A DNA stretch of 64,000 nucleotides from Alphaproteobacteria bacterium (GCA_963422645.2 CAXXVO010000007.1:352001-416000), one strand, 5' to 3'. Counted from the first letter of the stretch, positions 51,604 to 62,752 are shown. The notes: generated by a model not told the origin, from the letters alone. Numbers and translations: made by a program.

Positions 51604-54033
51604 ATGAGGGATCAGGCGCGGGTGGTGGTGATCGGCGGCGGCATTGTCGGCTGCAGCGTGCTCTACCATCTGGCCAAGCTCGGCTGGTCCGATGTCATGC
51701 TGGTCGAGAAGACCGAGCTCACCGCAGGCTCCACCTGGCATGCGGCCGGGCTGCTGCCGCTCTTCAACATGAGCTACAGCGTCGGCCAGCTGCACAAGTA
51801 CTCGATCGACCTCTACCAGAAGCTTGAGGAAGAGACCGGGCAGGCGGTGAGCTTCCATCGCACCGGCAATCTCAGGCTCGCCACCAACCAGGAGCGGATG
51901 GACGAGTACCGCAACTATTGCGGCACCGCGAACACGATCGGCGTTCCCTTCGAGCTGATCGGCCCCAACGAGATCGGCGACCTCTGGCCGCTCTGTAATC
52001 TCGACGGGCTGGTGGGCGCGCTCTTCCATCCCCACGACGGCCACGTGGCGCCGGTGGACGTGACTCAGGCACTGGCCAAGGGCGCACGCGATCGGGGAGC
52101 GGAGATCAACCGCAACACCGAGGTGACGGGCATCGAGCGGACCCGCGCCGGCGAGTGGCTGGTCAAGACCACGCGGGGCGACATCACCTGCGAGATTGTG
52201 GTGACCGCTACCGGCTCCTGGGCCCGGCAGGTGGGCGCCATGGTGGGTCTCGACCTGCCGGCGATCCCGGTCGAGCACCAGTACATCGTCACCGACACGA
52301 TCCCGGAGCTGGAGGAGCGCAAGACGGCGGGCCTCCCCGAGATGCCGGTGCTCAGAGAGAGCGATGCCTCCTACTACATGCGGGAGGAGCGCCAGGGCCT
52401 GATCCTCGGCCCCTACGAGAAGGACGCGCCGGCCTGGGCGGTGGACGGCGTGCCCGAGGGCTTCGGGCAGGAGTTGCTGCCGCCGGACGTGGACCGCCTG
52501 GAGCCCCACATCGAGGCCGCGATCAATCGGGTGCCCATGTTCGGCCGCGCCGGGATCAAGGACTGCGTCAACGGCCCGATCTCCTACACGCCGGATGGCA
52601 ACCCGCTCATCGGGCCGGCCTATGGGCTGCCGAACTTCTGGCTGGCGGAGGGCTTCAGCTTCGGCATCACCGCCGCAGGCGGCGCCGGCTGGCAGCTCGC
52701 GGGCTGGATTGCCGAGGGCGAACCCTCCATCGACATGCTGGCAGTGGATCCCAGACGCTTCGGCGCCTACGCCAACAAGCACTACACCAAGGCCAAGAAC
52801 GAAGAGGCCTACGCCCACGTCTTCATCATCCACTACCCGGACGAGGAGCGGCCTGCGTCGCGGCCGGCCAAGACCAGCCCCTGCCACGAGCGGCTGGCGG
52901 CCCACGGCGCCGTCTGGGGCCAGCGCTATGGCTGGGAGCGCCCCAACTGGTTCGCGCCCGAGGGCACAGAGCCCAAAGACGACTGGAGCTTCCGCCGCAC
53001 CAACTATTTCGGGCCCGTGGGCGCCGAGTGCCAAGCCGTGCGCAAGCGCGCCGGCCTGATCGATATCACCAGCTTCTCCAAGTTCAGGGTGTCGGGGCCG
53101 AGCGCGGAAGCCGCTCTCGACCGGGTACTCGCCAACCGGCTGCCGAAGGCTGCGGGCCGTATCAAGCTCGCCCACGCGCTGACCGTCACCGGCGGTGTGC
53201 GCTCCGAGTTTACGGTGCTGCGCGAGGGCCCGGACTCCTTCTACCTGGTGAGCTCGGGTGCGGCCGAGCGCTACGACCACGATTTCCTGCTGCGCCACGT
53301 GGCGGGCGAGGGCGTGAGAATCGAGAACATCACCACCGCCCACGGCGTTCTCGTGCTGGCGGGGCCCCGCTCGCGCGACATCCTCCAGGCAGTGACGGAT
53401 GCGGATCTCTCCAATGAAGCCTTCCCCTGGCTTACGGCGCAGCCCATCTCCATCGGCTTGGCACCGGCCACAGCGATGCGGGTCAACTTCGTCGGCGAGC
53501 TCGGCTGGGAGCTGCACCACCCGATCGAGTACCAGAACCGCATCTTCGACGCGCTGGTCGAGGCAGGGGAGCAGCACGGGCTCGCCATGTGCGGGATGCG
53601 GGCGATGGATTCGCTCAGGATCGAGAAGTCCTACCGCATGTGGGGGCAGGATCTGACCATCGAGTATTCCGCCTTCGAGGCCGGCCTGGACCGCTTCATC
53701 GCGCTGGACAAGGGCGATTTCATCGGCCGCGAGGCGTTGGTGGCCCAGCGCGAGGCCGGCGTGCCGCAGGACTTCGTGACTCTCGAAGTCGACGCCGACG
53801 ACGCCGACCCCTGGGGCAACGAGCCGATCTACGACGGGGAGACCATGATCGGACGCGCGACCTCCGGCGCCTTCGGCCACACGGTGGGGCAAAGCCTGGC
53901 GCTCGGCTACGTCGCCCGCGACCACGCGGTACGCGGCCGCCGGCTCGTCGTCGAGATCCTGGGCGAGCGGCGCCCTGCGCGGATTGTCCCCAACTCGCCG
54001 CTGGACCCCGCCAACTCACGGCTCCGCGCGTAA
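51604..54033 (+). CDS. GcvT-family FAD-dependent dehydrogenase (dimethylglycine/sarcosine dehydrogenase-like)
   Basis: IGGGIVG, GSTWHAAG, YTPDGNP, GWERPNWF, GELGWE, SLRIEKSY. Confidence 0.92.
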   Translation: MRDQARVVVIGGGIVGCSVLYHLAKLGWSDVMLVEKTELTAGSTWHAAGLLPLFNMSYSVGQLHKYSIDLYQKLEEETGQAVSFHRTGNLRLATNQERMDEYRNYCGTANTIGVPFELIGPNEIGDLWPLCNLDGLVGALFHPHDGHVAPVDVTQALAKGARDRGAEINRNTEVTGIERTRAGEWLVKTTRGDITCEIVVTATGSWARQVGAMVGLDLPAIPVEHQYIVTDTIPELEERKTAGLPEMPVLRESDASYYMREERQGLILGPYEKDAPAWAVDGVPEGFGQELLPPDVDRLEPHIEAAINRVPMFGRAGIKDCVNGPISYTPDGNPLIGPAYGLPNFWLAEGFSFGITAAGGAGWQLAGWIAEGEPSIDMLAVDPRRFGAYANKHYTKAKNEEAYAHVFIIHYPDEERPASRPAKTSPCHERLAAHGAVWGQRYGWERPNWFAPEGTEPKDDWSFRRTNYFGPVGAECQAVRKRAGLIDITSFSKFRVSGPSAEAALDRVLANRLPKAAGRIKLAHALTVTGGVRSEFTVLREGPDSFYLVSSGAAERYDHDFLLRHVAGEGVRIENITTAHGVLVLAGPRSRDILQAVTDADLSNEAFPWLTAQPISIGLAPATAMRVNFVGELGWELHHPIEYQNRIFDALVEAGEQHGLAMCGMRAMDSLRIEKSYRMWGQDLTIEYSAFEAGLDRFIALDKGDFIGREALVAQREAGVPQDFVTLEVDADDADPWGNEPIYDGETMIGRATSGAFGHTVGQSLALGYVARDHAVRGRRLVVEILGERRPARIVPNSPLDPANSRLRA

Positions 54034-54075
54034 ACAGCGCGCGGCGGACGCAACACAGAGCATAGAGGAGGCAGC

Positions 54076-54888
54076 ATGGCACTGACCGAGCGCGACATCA
54101 CCGTCGAAGGGCACCGGGTCCACCTCTGGGAAGGGGGCGAGGGCTTTCCCATCCTGATGTTGCATGGTTCCGGCCCCGGCGCCGGCACGGTCGGCAATTG
54201 GCGGCTGGTGCTGGAGCCGCTCGCCGCGCGCTACCGCATCGTCGCCACCGACCTGATCGGCTTCGGCGCCTCAGGCCGCAAGTCGGAGGAGCCCTATTTC
54301 GATCTGCCGCTCTGGCGGCGGCAGGCCCAGGCAGTGCTCGACCTGCTGCCCGCAGGCGAGGCCGGCGTGGTCGGCCATTCGCTCTCCGCCAGCCTCGCGC
54401 TTAGGCTCGCCATGGACAATCCGCGCGTCACCAGGGTGATGACCACCGGCGCCATGGGCGCGCCGGCGCGCGCCAACCGAGAGACCGAGACCTGCTGGCG
54501 TTTCCCCGAGACCCGCGAGGAGCTGCGCGAGGCGGCGGAAATCCTGGTCCACGACCCCTCGGTGATCACCGACGCCTTCCTCGACGCCCGCATGGCGATC
54601 CTCCACGACGGCGAGTACGGCCCCTACTTCCGCAGCATGTTCGCGGGCGACAAGCAGCGCTACATCGACGAGGCGGTGCTGCCGCCGGACCGGCTGTCGG
54701 CGCTCGCCTGCCAGGTGATGATGCTCCATGGCCGCGACGACCGGCCCTTCCCCTGCGAAGAGAACACCCGGGTCCTCGCCCGCCACCTCCACAAGGCCGA
54801 CACCTTCGTGATCGCGGAGTGCGGCCATTCGCCGGCTCTGGAACATCCTGATAAACTGCTGGCTGCGGCGCAGATGCTGTTCGGCTGA
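54076..54888 (+). CDS. Alpha/beta hydrolase (meta-cleavage-product hydrolase-like)
   Basis: LHGSGPG, GNWR, GHS nucleophile, HGRDD, CGH. Confidence 0.85.
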   Translation: MALTERDITVEGHRVHLWEGGEGFPILMLHGSGPGAGTVGNWRLVLEPLAARYRIVATDLIGFGASGRKSEEPYFDLPLWRRQAQAVLDLLPAGEAGVVGHSLSASLALRLAMDNPRVTRVMTTGAMGAPARANRETETCWRFPETREELREAAEILVHDPSVITDAFLDARMAILHDGEYGPYFRSMFAGDKQRYIDEAVLPPDRLSALACQVMMLHGRDDRPFPCEENTRVLARHLHKADTFVIAECGHSPALEHPDKLLAAAQMLFG

Positions 54889-54946
54889 CACCGAGCCAGG
54901 CCGAAGCGCGCGCCGACACACGACTGGATACCGGGGGTGCGCGTGA

Positions 54947-56341
54947 ATGCGCACCGACGAGACGATGGAGTGGGCGATGCGTAGACACATTCGATGCGGA
55001 CAGCTCTTCACCGGCACAGGCGACGGCGCCGAGCGCGACCAGACGGTGGTGACGGAGGGCGAGCGGATCGCCTACGTCGGGCCGAGCGCGGGCGCGCCCG
55101 TGGCGGCGCCGGAAGACGAGGTGGTGGACCACTCCGGCCATTTCGTGCTGCCGGGCCTGATCGACGTCCACGTCCACCTCTCCTACGGCAATGCCAAGAC
55201 CGAGGAGGACATCGACCTCTACGCGCCGGTCGAGTTCCGCGCGCTGCGCGGGATGGAGGCGGCCCAGCGGGTGCTCGCGGCCGGCTTTACCTCGATGGCC
55301 GATCCCACCACCAGCGGCCGGGTGACGCCGTCGATCCGCGACGCCATCGACGCAGGCCTCTTCGTCGGCCCCCGCATCAGCTGCTCAGGGCGCCAGATCA
55401 CCAACCGCCAGGGGCTCTCCGACTGGTACCCCACCTGGATCGGCGTGCCCGAGACCTCCATCGGCGTGCTCGCCCGCGATGCCAACGAGGGCATCGCGGA
55501 GATCCGCACCATGGCCAAGGATGGCGTGGACTTCATCAAGATCGCCATGGACGGCGATTCGATGAACCCCATGACCAGCGTCCTCGTCGCCGGCTACAAC
55601 CAGGAAGAGACCACGGCGATGGTTACCGAGGCCCACCGGCTCGGCAAGAAGGTGGTGGTGCACGCGCGCGGTGCCGAGGCCGTGCTCTACTCCGCCCGTG
55701 CCGGAGTCGACGTGATCCTGCATGCCGCCTGGATGGACGACGAAGGCCTGGAGGCGGTGGTGGAGAAGGGCTGCATGATCTGCCCGACCTTCAGCCTGGT
55801 GGTGAACGACATCGACTTCACCCGGCCGGGCGACGGCTGCTATCCGGGCTTCCCCGACGCGCACAAGCGCGAGATCGAGGCTGCCCAGCGCTCGCTGGTG
55901 AAGGCGCGCGATGCGGGCGTCACCTTCCTCTCCGGCACCGATTCGGGCTTTGCGGTGACGCCCTACGGCGAGTGGCACGCCCGCGAGCTTGAGCACATGG
56001 TGACCTACCTCGGCATCTCGCCGGCCGAGGCGCTGCGCTGCGCCACGGTCAACAACGGCACCTTCGTGCGTGAGGAGGGCCAGGTGGGCGCGCTGGAGCA
56101 GGGCCGGCTGGCGGACATCCTGGTCTTCGACGGCGACCCGCTCGCCGACATCACCCAGCTGCAGGACCGCAGCCGCATCCGCGAGATCATCCTCGGCGGC
56201 GAGACGGTGAATCCGGCCATCAATCCGAAGGCGCAGCGCCTCCGCTCCGAGTTCTCCTACGAGATGTGGCACCAGGTCTACACGCAGGAGCGGATCGCCG
56301 AGATCGGCATGAACCGCCCGGTCGCCGAGGCCGCCGAGTAG
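54947..56341 (+). CDS. Metal-dependent amidohydrolase (Xaa-Pro dipeptidase-like)
   Basis: PGLIDVHVH, DFIKI, VHARG, LH, GTDSG, GRLADIL. Start may be 54965 or 54977. Confidence 0.88.
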   Translation: MRTDETMEWAMRRHIRCGQLFTGTGDGAERDQTVVTEGERIAYVGPSAGAPVAAPEDEVVDHSGHFVLPGLIDVHVHLSYGNAKTEEDIDLYAPVEFRALRGMEAAQRVLAAGFTSMADPTTSGRVTPSIRDAIDAGLFVGPRISCSGRQITNRQGLSDWYPTWIGVPETSIGVLARDANEGIAEIRTMAKDGVDFIKIAMDGDSMNPMTSVLVAGYNQEETTAMVTEAHRLGKKVVVHARGAEAVLYSARAGVDVILHAAWMDDEGLEAVVEKGCMICPTFSLVVNDIDFTRPGDGCYPGFPDAHKREIEAAQRSLVKARDAGVTFLSGTDSGFAVTPYGEWHARELEHMVTYLGISPAEALRCATVNNGTFVREEGQVGALEQGRLADILVFDGDPLADITQLQDRSRIREIILGGETVNPAINPKAQRLRSEFSYEMWHQVYTQERIAEIGMNRPVAEAAE

Positions 56342-56446
56342 CGGCCGCAGGCCGCTGCCGGGGAGCAATCGGGCGGCGCGTCGGCGCGTACCGGCGGGCC
56401 GCCCTCCGTGTTGAGCCGGACCATCTGAAAGGGGGAGCACACCGCC

Positions 56447-57619
56447 ATGCCCGTCATCAACCGCATCGCCGCCATCCACGACGACATGACGGCGTGGCGG
56501 CGCGACATCCACGCCCACCCTGAACTGGGATTCCAGGAGGAGCGCACGTCCGCCATCGTGGCCGAGAAGCTGGAATCCTTCGGCATCCAGGTGCACCGCG
56601 GGCTCGCGAAAACCGGCGTTGTCGGCATCCTCGAAGGCGCGCCGGGGGAGGGCGCCATCGCGCTCCGCGCCGACATGGACGCCCTGCCGATCCTTGAAGG
56701 GAACGACGTCAGCCATCGCTCCACCAACGACGGCACCATGCACGCCTGCGGCCACGACGGGCACACGACCATGCTGCTGGGCGCGGCCCGGTACCTCGCC
56801 GAGACCCGCAACTTCGCCGGCTCGGTCTACTTCGTGTTCCAGCCCGCCGAGGAAGGGCTCGGCGGCGGCGAGGCGATGGTGAAGGAAGGGCTGTTCGAGC
56901 GCTTCCCGGCCACCGCGGTCTACGGCATGCACAACTGGCCGGGCCTGCCGCCGGGCGAGATCGCCGTCCGCACCGGGCCGATGATGGCGGCCTGCGACGA
57001 GTTCACCATCACGGTCGAGGGCACCGGCGCACACGGCGCCATGCCCCACCTCGGCCACGATGCCGTGGTGGCGGCGGCGCAGATCGTCACCGGCCTGCAG
57101 TCCATCGTCGCCCGCAACGTCGACCCGCTGGAGGCGGGCGTCGTCAGCGTGACCATGATCCACGGCGGCGACGCCTTCAACGTCATCCCGCAAGCCGTCG
57201 AGCTCGCCGGCACCGTCCGCACCTTCAAGCCGGAGGTGAGGAACCTGATCGCCGCCAACATCGAGCGGATTGCGGAGAGCGCGGCTGTAGCCTTCGGCAC
57301 ACGCGCCACGGCGAACGTGGAGGCGCGCTTCCCCGCCACGGTCAACACGGCGGACGAGACCGACCGCGCCGAAGCCGCCGCCGCCGCCGTGGTGGGCAAG
57401 GAGCGCGTGCACTGCGACCTCGCCCCCTGCATGGGCTCCGAGGATTTCGCCTACATGCTGGAGGCCCGGCCCGGCAGCTACGTCTGGATCGGCAACGGCC
57501 TCGGCCCCGGCGGCTGCTTCCTCCACAACCCCGGCTACGACTTCAACGACGAGATCCTGCCCATCGGCGCGAGCTACTGGGCGACGCTGGTCGAGCGCGA
57601 ACTTGCAGCAGGCCGATAG
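56447..57619 (+). CDS. M20 aminoacylase / hippurate hydrolase family
   Basis: HAHPELGF, RADMDALP, MHACGHDGH, FQPAEE, SEDF, LHNPGYDFND. Confidence 0.93.
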   Translation: MPVINRIAAIHDDMTAWRRDIHAHPELGFQEERTSAIVAEKLESFGIQVHRGLAKTGVVGILEGAPGEGAIALRADMDALPILEGNDVSHRSTNDGTMHACGHDGHTTMLLGAARYLAETRNFAGSVYFVFQPAEEGLGGGEAMVKEGLFERFPATAVYGMHNWPGLPPGEIAVRTGPMMAACDEFTITVEGTGAHGAMPHLGHDAVVAAAQIVTGLQSIVARNVDPLEAGVVSVTMIHGGDAFNVIPQAVELAGTVRTFKPEVRNLIAANIERIAESAAVAFGTRATANVEARFPATVNTADETDRAEAAAAAVVGKERVHCDLAPCMGSEDFAYMLEARPGSYVWIGNGLGPGGCFLHNPGYDFNDEILPIGASYWATLVERELAAGR

Positions 57620-57620
57620 G

Positions 57621-58517
57621 GTGAACGACGCCACCGACATGCGCCCGCCGGCGTGGGATGGCGAGGTGGCCCGGCGCCGGCTCAAAGCGGATGGCTTCTG
57701 CCACGTGCCGGGCGTGCTGGACCCCGCCGCGCTGCGGGCGACCAGGGAAGCGGCGGAGGCCGCGCTTGGCACCATCGATACCGGCCACCGCGCGCAGTGG
57801 CGCTCGCAGGGGAGCCTCGTTCCGGTCGCGGACCACTCGTTCTTCGCGCCGCTCATCGCCCATCCCGGCTTTCAGGAGATGTTCGGCCGCCTCGGCTTGC
57901 CGGGCACGCGCTTCTCCTCGGGCTACGTCATCAGCAAGCCGCCGGGCGGGCCTGCGCTCTTCTGGCATCAGGACTGGTGGGGCTGGCAGCACCCGATCTC
58001 GCGCGAGGGGCGCATCGCCCAGGTCGCGCTCTTTCTCTACATGACCGACACCGCGCGCCAGAACGGCTGCCTGCGCCTCATCCCCGGCTCCCACCGCAGG
58101 CCGCATGCGCTGCACGATCTGGTCGACGCCCACGACCCGACGCTCGCCGAGGTGCGCAACCCCGAGGACCCCGCCTTCGCCTCGCACCCGGACGAGGTCG
58201 ACGTGCCGGTGACGGCGGGCGATGTCGTCGTGGTCGACGCGCGGCTGATTCACGGCGCCCACCCCAACCGCTCGGGCCGCGAGCGCACCAACATCACGCT
58301 CTGGTGGCATCCGGGCTACGAGGCGCTGCCGGCCTCGCTCAGAGCCCGCATCTGGAAGCTCTACCGGCGCGAGGAGATCGACACGGACGCTGCCGCCAAC
58401 CGCGCGCTGCGCCCCGACATCTGGCCCGAGCCCGCGCGCAGCCAAGTCACGCCCTTCCTCGTCACCGACCCCGGCCCCGTCGAGCCCGAGCCCTGGGTCC
58501 GCACGCCCCGGTACTAG
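57621..58517 (+). CDS. Phytanoyl-CoA dioxygenase (PhyH) family protein
   Basis: WHQD, NGCLRLIPGSH, AGDVV..HGA..N.S..R. Confidence 0.88.
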   Translation: MNDATDMRPPAWDGEVARRRLKADGFCHVPGVLDPAALRATREAAEAALGTIDTGHRAQWRSQGSLVPVADHSFFAPLIAHPGFQEMFGRLGLPGTRFSSGYVISKPPGGPALFWHQDWWGWQHPISREGRIAQVALFLYMTDTARQNGCLRLIPGSHRRPHALHDLVDAHDPTLAEVRNPEDPAFASHPDEVDVPVTAGDVVVVDARLIHGAHPNRSGRERTNITLWWHPGYEALPASLRARIWKLYRREEIDTDAAANRALRPDIWPEPARSQVTPFLVTDPGPVEPEPWVRTPRY

Positions 58518-58659
58518 ATGTTTCCGTTTCACACGGAAACACGCACCTTCGGTGCTAAGTAGCTGATTCGATTGCGATGGTCTTCCGTTTCTATTGCCAC
58601 CGGGCGCGGAATTCAAGCCGATTCCGCACCCCGCTGCAACAGATCGGAGACCCGCAATC

Positions 58660-59026
58660 ATGCCGCCCATCCGACTCACCCAGCGCCGAGTCGACGCCCT
58701 TCGGCCCCGCCGCAAGGTGCGCGATATCCGGGACGCCGAGCTCAAGGGGTACGGCGTCCGGGTCTTGCCCTCCGGCGCCAGGCGCTACTTCATCCACAGC
58801 CAGCACAGGGGCAAACGGGTCTGGAAGATCATAGGCGACGCGGCGGCGATGGCCGAGCCCGAGGCGCGGGCCAGGGCCAGATCCATGCTCGCCGCGTTGC
58901 GCAACGGTCGGGAGCCCGCGGCGGCGGACCCCGGCGGCACCCTCTTCGAGACGGTCGCCGAGGAGGTCTTCGACCGCTACGGGCGCCGCTGGAAGCCGCG
59001 CACCATGGACGTGAACCGGGCCTACC
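58660..59026 (+). pseudogene. Tyrosine integrase N-terminal fragment (arm DNA-binding domain) cut by IS21
   Basis: RLTQRRVDAL..DIRDAELKGYGVRVLPSG.R.Y...IG....EAR; ends at the IS21 terminus, no catalytic domain. Confidence 0.8.
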
Positions 59027-59228
59027 TGTCAATCGGCTTTCAATACTGACCCCCGATCGGCGTGCAAAATTGACCCCCCTGAGTGGCACGGCGGAGGTTG
59101 TCCCGGTAGCCAATAGGGGGGACCCGCGCGGCTTCGTGTGGCGCCCTGCGCTACGCGGAGCGAAGCCGCGTGGGGGGTCCCTGTTGGCCCACCGGGGCAA
59201 CCGGGCCGCAAGGGAGGCCGGCGGCGGG

Positions 59229-59957
59229 TCAGGAGCGGTTCTTGAAGCGCCAGCTCTCGTTGCCGGTCTCGATGATCTCGCAATGATGGGTGAGGCGATC
59301 GAGCAGCGCTGTGGTCATCTTGGGGTCGCCGAAGACGGATGGCCATTCGCCGAAGGCGAGGTTTGTGGTGATGACGATCGAGGTGCGCTCGTAGAGCCGG
59401 CTCATCAGATGGAAGAGCAGCTGCCCACCGGCCTGGGCGAAGGGCAGGTAGCCGAGCTCGTCGAGGATGACGAAGTCGCGGCGGACGAGCTGGTCTGCAG
59501 TGCGGCCCTGGCGTCCGGCGCGAAGCTCGGCCTCGAGGAGGTTGACCAGGTCGACGACGTTGTAGCACCGGCCGCGCGCGCCCTTGCGGATGCAGGACCG
59601 CGCGATGGCGACGGCGAGATGGGTCTTGCCGGTACCGGTGCCGCCGACCAGCACGATGTTGCGTTTGCCCTCGAGGAAGCCGCCGCCGGCGAGCTCCTGG
59701 ATCAGGGGCTCGTTGACCGGCGAGGCGGCGAAGTCGAAGTCGGCCAGCTCCTTGACCGTCGGCAGCTTGGCGGAGGCCATCTGGTACTTGATCGAGCGGG
59801 CCCTCTTGTCGGCGATCTCGACCTGCAGCAGCGTACCGATGATCTGTTGCACCGGATGGCGGCGCTTGAGCCCGTCGGCAAGGATGTCGTCGTAAGCGGC
59901 GCGCATACCTGCGAGCTTCAGCTGGGTCATCATCTCCAGCACATCATGACGCTCCAT
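59229..59957 (-). CDS. istB: IS21 helper ATPase IstB
   Basis: [31 protein letters not shown]. Confidence 0.96.
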   Translation of the reverse strand: MERHDVLEMMTQLKLAGMRAAYDDILADGLKRRHPVQQIIGTLLQVEIADKRARSIKYQMASAKLPTVKELADFDFAASPVNEPLIQELAGGGFLEGKRNIVLVGGTGTGKTHLAVAIARSCIRKGARGRCYNVVDLVNLLEAELRAGRQGRTADQLVRRDFVILDELGYLPFAQAGGQLLFHLMSRLYERTSIVITTNLAFGEWPSVFGDPKMTTALLDRLTHHCEIIETGNESWRFKNRS

Positions 59958-61458
59958 GACCGGCCTCCCTCAGGCTGTCGTAGCGCTGACAGTCGGCTAC
60001 CGGCTTGTGGCGAAGCTGCAGGCCCTCGGGCGTCGGGATGATTGCCGGCGGTGCCGGCTGGCGCTGCCGGGCGAGGATGTTGAGCACCACGTCGGCGCTG
60101 CAGGCACCGCAGTCGAGCGTCTCGGCACAGGCCGCCTCAACCGCCTCCAGTCCGTCCTCCAGCACCGCCGCGAGCACCTTGACGAACTGCCGGTCGCCGT
60201 CGTCGTGGCCCGCGAGCCGGGTTCGCAGGCGGCCGAGCGCGTTGGGCAACTGCCAGTCCTTGAAGGGCGCGCCATTGCGTAGCGCGCCGGGCTTCCGCGT
60301 CAGGATCGGCACGTAATGCCACGGATCGTAGACGAACCGGCCGCGCCCGAAGCTGCGGGGGTGCTCGGCAACGGTCTCGCCGTCCTGGCGGATGACGATC
60401 CGATCGGCATAGGCCCGCACGTCCACCGGCCGGCCGACGGCGCGGGCCGCGACGCTGTACTGGTTGTTGTCGAAGCGCACCAGACAGGTCTTCGAGACCG
60501 ACACCTCGCTGGCATGGAAGCCGTCGAAGGGGCCGCGATACGCCATCAGGAAGGGCTGCTCCTCCTCGAACACCTGCCACACCGTCTTGCCCGGGATTGT
60601 CGGATGCGGATGCTTCTTGGCGTCCTCGATGCACCGATCCATCAGCCACTCGTTGATCTCGGCGTAGGAGCGGCCCCGCGGGATGGGCACGAACAGGCGG
60701 CCGCGAAGGTCACCCACCTGCTTCTCGACCTGCCCCTTCTCCCAGCCAGCCCCTGGCGTGCACGCCACAGGCTCCACCAGATGGTGCGAGCACAGCTCCT
60801 GGAAGCGGCGGTTGTAGTCCCGCTTCTTGCCCACGAAGATCGTGCTCACCGCCGTCTTCATGTTGTCGTAGATGCCCCGCCGGCAGACCCCGCCGAAGAA
60901 GCGGAAGGCACGCTCGTGCGCCTCGAAGACCATCTCCTGGCTCTCGCGGGGAAAGATCTGGACCAGATACATCCGGCTGTGGCACAGCCGCATGTGCGCC
61001 GCCTTCACCCTGGTCGTCGCGCCCGACAGACGCGCGTACTCGTGGCTCCAGTCGAACTGGTAGGCCTCGCCGGGATCGAAGATCAGCGGCACATAGGCCT
61101 GCGCCGGCGACAACAGCCGCCACCGGCGCCGCCAGGCCCTGGCATAGCGGCGAACCGCGTCATAGCCGCCCTTGTAGCCCAGCGACACAAGGTCTTCATG
61201 AATCCGCAGAAGAGACAGCCGATCCTTGCGTGCCTTCTTCTCGTTGGCCTTCAGCTGGCGCTCAAGCTCCTCCACCCACAGCCCAAGCTTCGGCATCGGC
61301 TGGATCTTGCGCTCGTAGCTGTGCGAGGTCGCATCGCCCCGCACCACCTTGCGTATCGTGTTCTTGGAAACCCTCAAATCCCGGGCGAGCTTCTTGATCG
61401 GAACGCCCTTCACCAGATGATCCCGACGGATCTTCGCGATCGTTTCCACAACCAGCAT
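59944..61458 (-). CDS. istA: IS21 transposase IstA
   Basis: N-terminal [48 protein letters not shown]. Confidence 0.96.
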   Translation of the reverse strand: MLVVETIAKIRRDHLVKGVPIKKLARDLRVSKNTIRKVVRGDATSHSYERKIQPMPKLGLWVEELERQLKANEKKARKDRLSLLRIHEDLVSLGYKGGYDAVRRYARAWRRRWRLLSPAQAYVPLIFDPGEAYQFDWSHEYARLSGATTRVKAAHMRLCHSRMYLVQIFPRESQEMVFEAHERAFRFFGGVCRRGIYDNMKTAVSTIFVGKKRDYNRRFQELCSHHLVEPVACTPGAGWEKGQVEKQVGDLRGRLFVPIPRGRSYAEINEWLMDRCIEDAKKHPHPTIPGKTVWQVFEEEQPFLMAYRGPFDGFHASEVSVSKTCLVRFDNNQYSVAARAVGRPVDVRAYADRIVIRQDGETVAEHPRSFGRGRFVYDPWHYVPILTRKPGALRNGAPFKDWQLPNALGRLRTRLAGHDDGDRQFVKVLAAVLEDGLEAVEAACAETLDCGACSADVVLNILARQRQPAPPAIIPTPEGLQLRHKPVADCQRYDSLREAGHGAS

Positions 61459-61577
61459 CTCCCCCACCACCCCGTCCGTCCAAACGACGAGGTGTGTTCA
61501 TGGACACAAATCCAAGGGGGTCAATTTTGGACGCCGATCACCCCCAATAGGGGGTCACTTTTCCACGCTTAACAACA

Positions 61578-61681
61578 CGCCAGGCCTTCGAGCGCGAGCG
61601 CGGCGCCCTGATCGCGCTGCCCGGCGATCCCTTCCCGGCCCACGACCGGGTCGAGGTCGTCATCGGCAAGACCCCCTACGC
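61578..61681 (+). pseudogene. Internal fragment of a second, different IS21 IstA
   Basis: Translates RQAFERERGALIALPGDPFPAHDRVEVVIGKTPY, matching the IstA segment that precedes RFD.N.YS. Confidence 0.65.
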
Positions 61682-61780
61682 TGAGCGTGCGCCCAGCATT
61701 TGATGGTGCGGTTTTCGGATTATTTGATGTTCGTGATGCGGCGCTTGGTTGATCTGCGAGAGCGGTGAGTGGCCTGGCTT

Positions 61781-62650
61781 TCATCGAGACCGCAGGAGCA
61801 TCTCGTTCCAGTCCTTGGCGTGTCGTGGGCGCAACCTTTTCACCCTTGGATCGTTGAGCACGAGATGCTCGGCGGCAGTGTCGCCGGCGCTGTCTGCGTC
61901 GTAGGCACAGACGATGCGACGTGGCTTCCACTCCTTGATCCAGGGCGGGACCGAGCTGGCGATGCCGGCGGTTGAGGCGACGACGGCGCCGTTCTCGCGC
62001 GTCCCCTCGACGCGCAGGCTTCGTGCAGAGATGGCGTCGACGGCGCTCTCGGTGAGGATGACGAGGGCGGGCTGGTTTCGGTCGCAGTGGAGCCAGAAGC
62101 CGCCACGCGCCTTGCGCGATCCCGGGGCCATGCCCCTGAAGCGTTTTGTTCCGGGCTGCGGCGCGGTGCCGAGGATCTCGGCGCCGGTCGTGTGCCCGCT
62201 GGCGTTTCGGCAGATGAAGACGGCGTTGATCCTGTCATCGGCGTAGAGGAGGCCTCGGCCGTGGCAGGCTTCGAGCACGTCGGTGCCGATAGCGCGTTGG
62301 CGGATGAGGGCGTCCCGGACCCTGGGCCAGGCGCGGGGACTGGGCCTTGGCAGCCGCAGGCGTCGCGGGGCGGCTGGGATGGTGGTGATCTCCCTCCGCC
62401 CCTCATGGCTTCCGAGGAAGCGGAGGGCTTCCGGGAAGCGGCATCCCGTCGCATGGATGACGAGGTCGATGGCGCCACCCCCTCCCGTGCCGCGCAGGTG
62501 ATCGAAGAACTTCTCGCCGTTGATGCTGATGACCGAGCCCCCGCGCTTGAAGCGCGCCCGGTCGGTCGGGTCTCTGCGGTAGCCGAGGGCGGCGGCGACC
62601 CGGTCGAGGGGGATGTTGCGGCAGGTGGCCAGGGGATCGCCGCCGCTCAT
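61781..62650 (-). CDS. DUF3991/Toprim-domain primase-like protein
   Basis: GGGGAIDLVIH...F.EAL.FL N-terminal domain, NAVF, GAE, Toprim ESAVDAIS and AYDADSAG. Confidence 0.82.
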   Translation of the reverse strand: MSGGDPLATCRNIPLDRVAAALGYRRDPTDRARFKRGGSVISINGEKFFDHLRGTGGGGAIDLVIHATGCRFPEALRFLGSHEGRREITTIPAAPRRLRLPRPSPRAWPRVRDALIRQRAIGTDVLEACHGRGLLYADDRINAVFICRNASGHTTGAEILGTAPQPGTKRFRGMAPGSRKARGGFWLHCDRNQPALVILTESAVDAISARSLRVEGTRENGAVVASTAGIASSVPPWIKEWKPRRIVCAYDADSAGDTAAEHLVLNDPRVKRLRPRHAKDWNEMLLRSR

Positions 62651-62693
62651 TGCCGGGTCCCGGCGAAGGTCTGCTTGGAAGGGAGGCTGACGG

Positions 62694-62750
62694 CGTTCCC
62701 GTTCCTGTACCCTTCAACGCTTAAGAGTTCCGGGAACGGGAACGGGAACG
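62694..62750. repeat. Inverted triple hexamer repeats (GTTCCC / GGGAAC)
   Basis: CGTTCCCGTTCCTGTACCC-spacer-CCGGGAACGGGAACGGGAACG between the helicase and primase genes. Confidence 0.8.
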
Positions 62751-62752
62751 CC

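Larger units (their letters stand above)
59027..61577 (-). mobile_element. IS21-family insertion sequence
   Basis: TGT...ACA termini with repeated (AAAAT)TGACCCC motifs at both ends; istA-istB; no target duplication. Confidence 0.92.
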
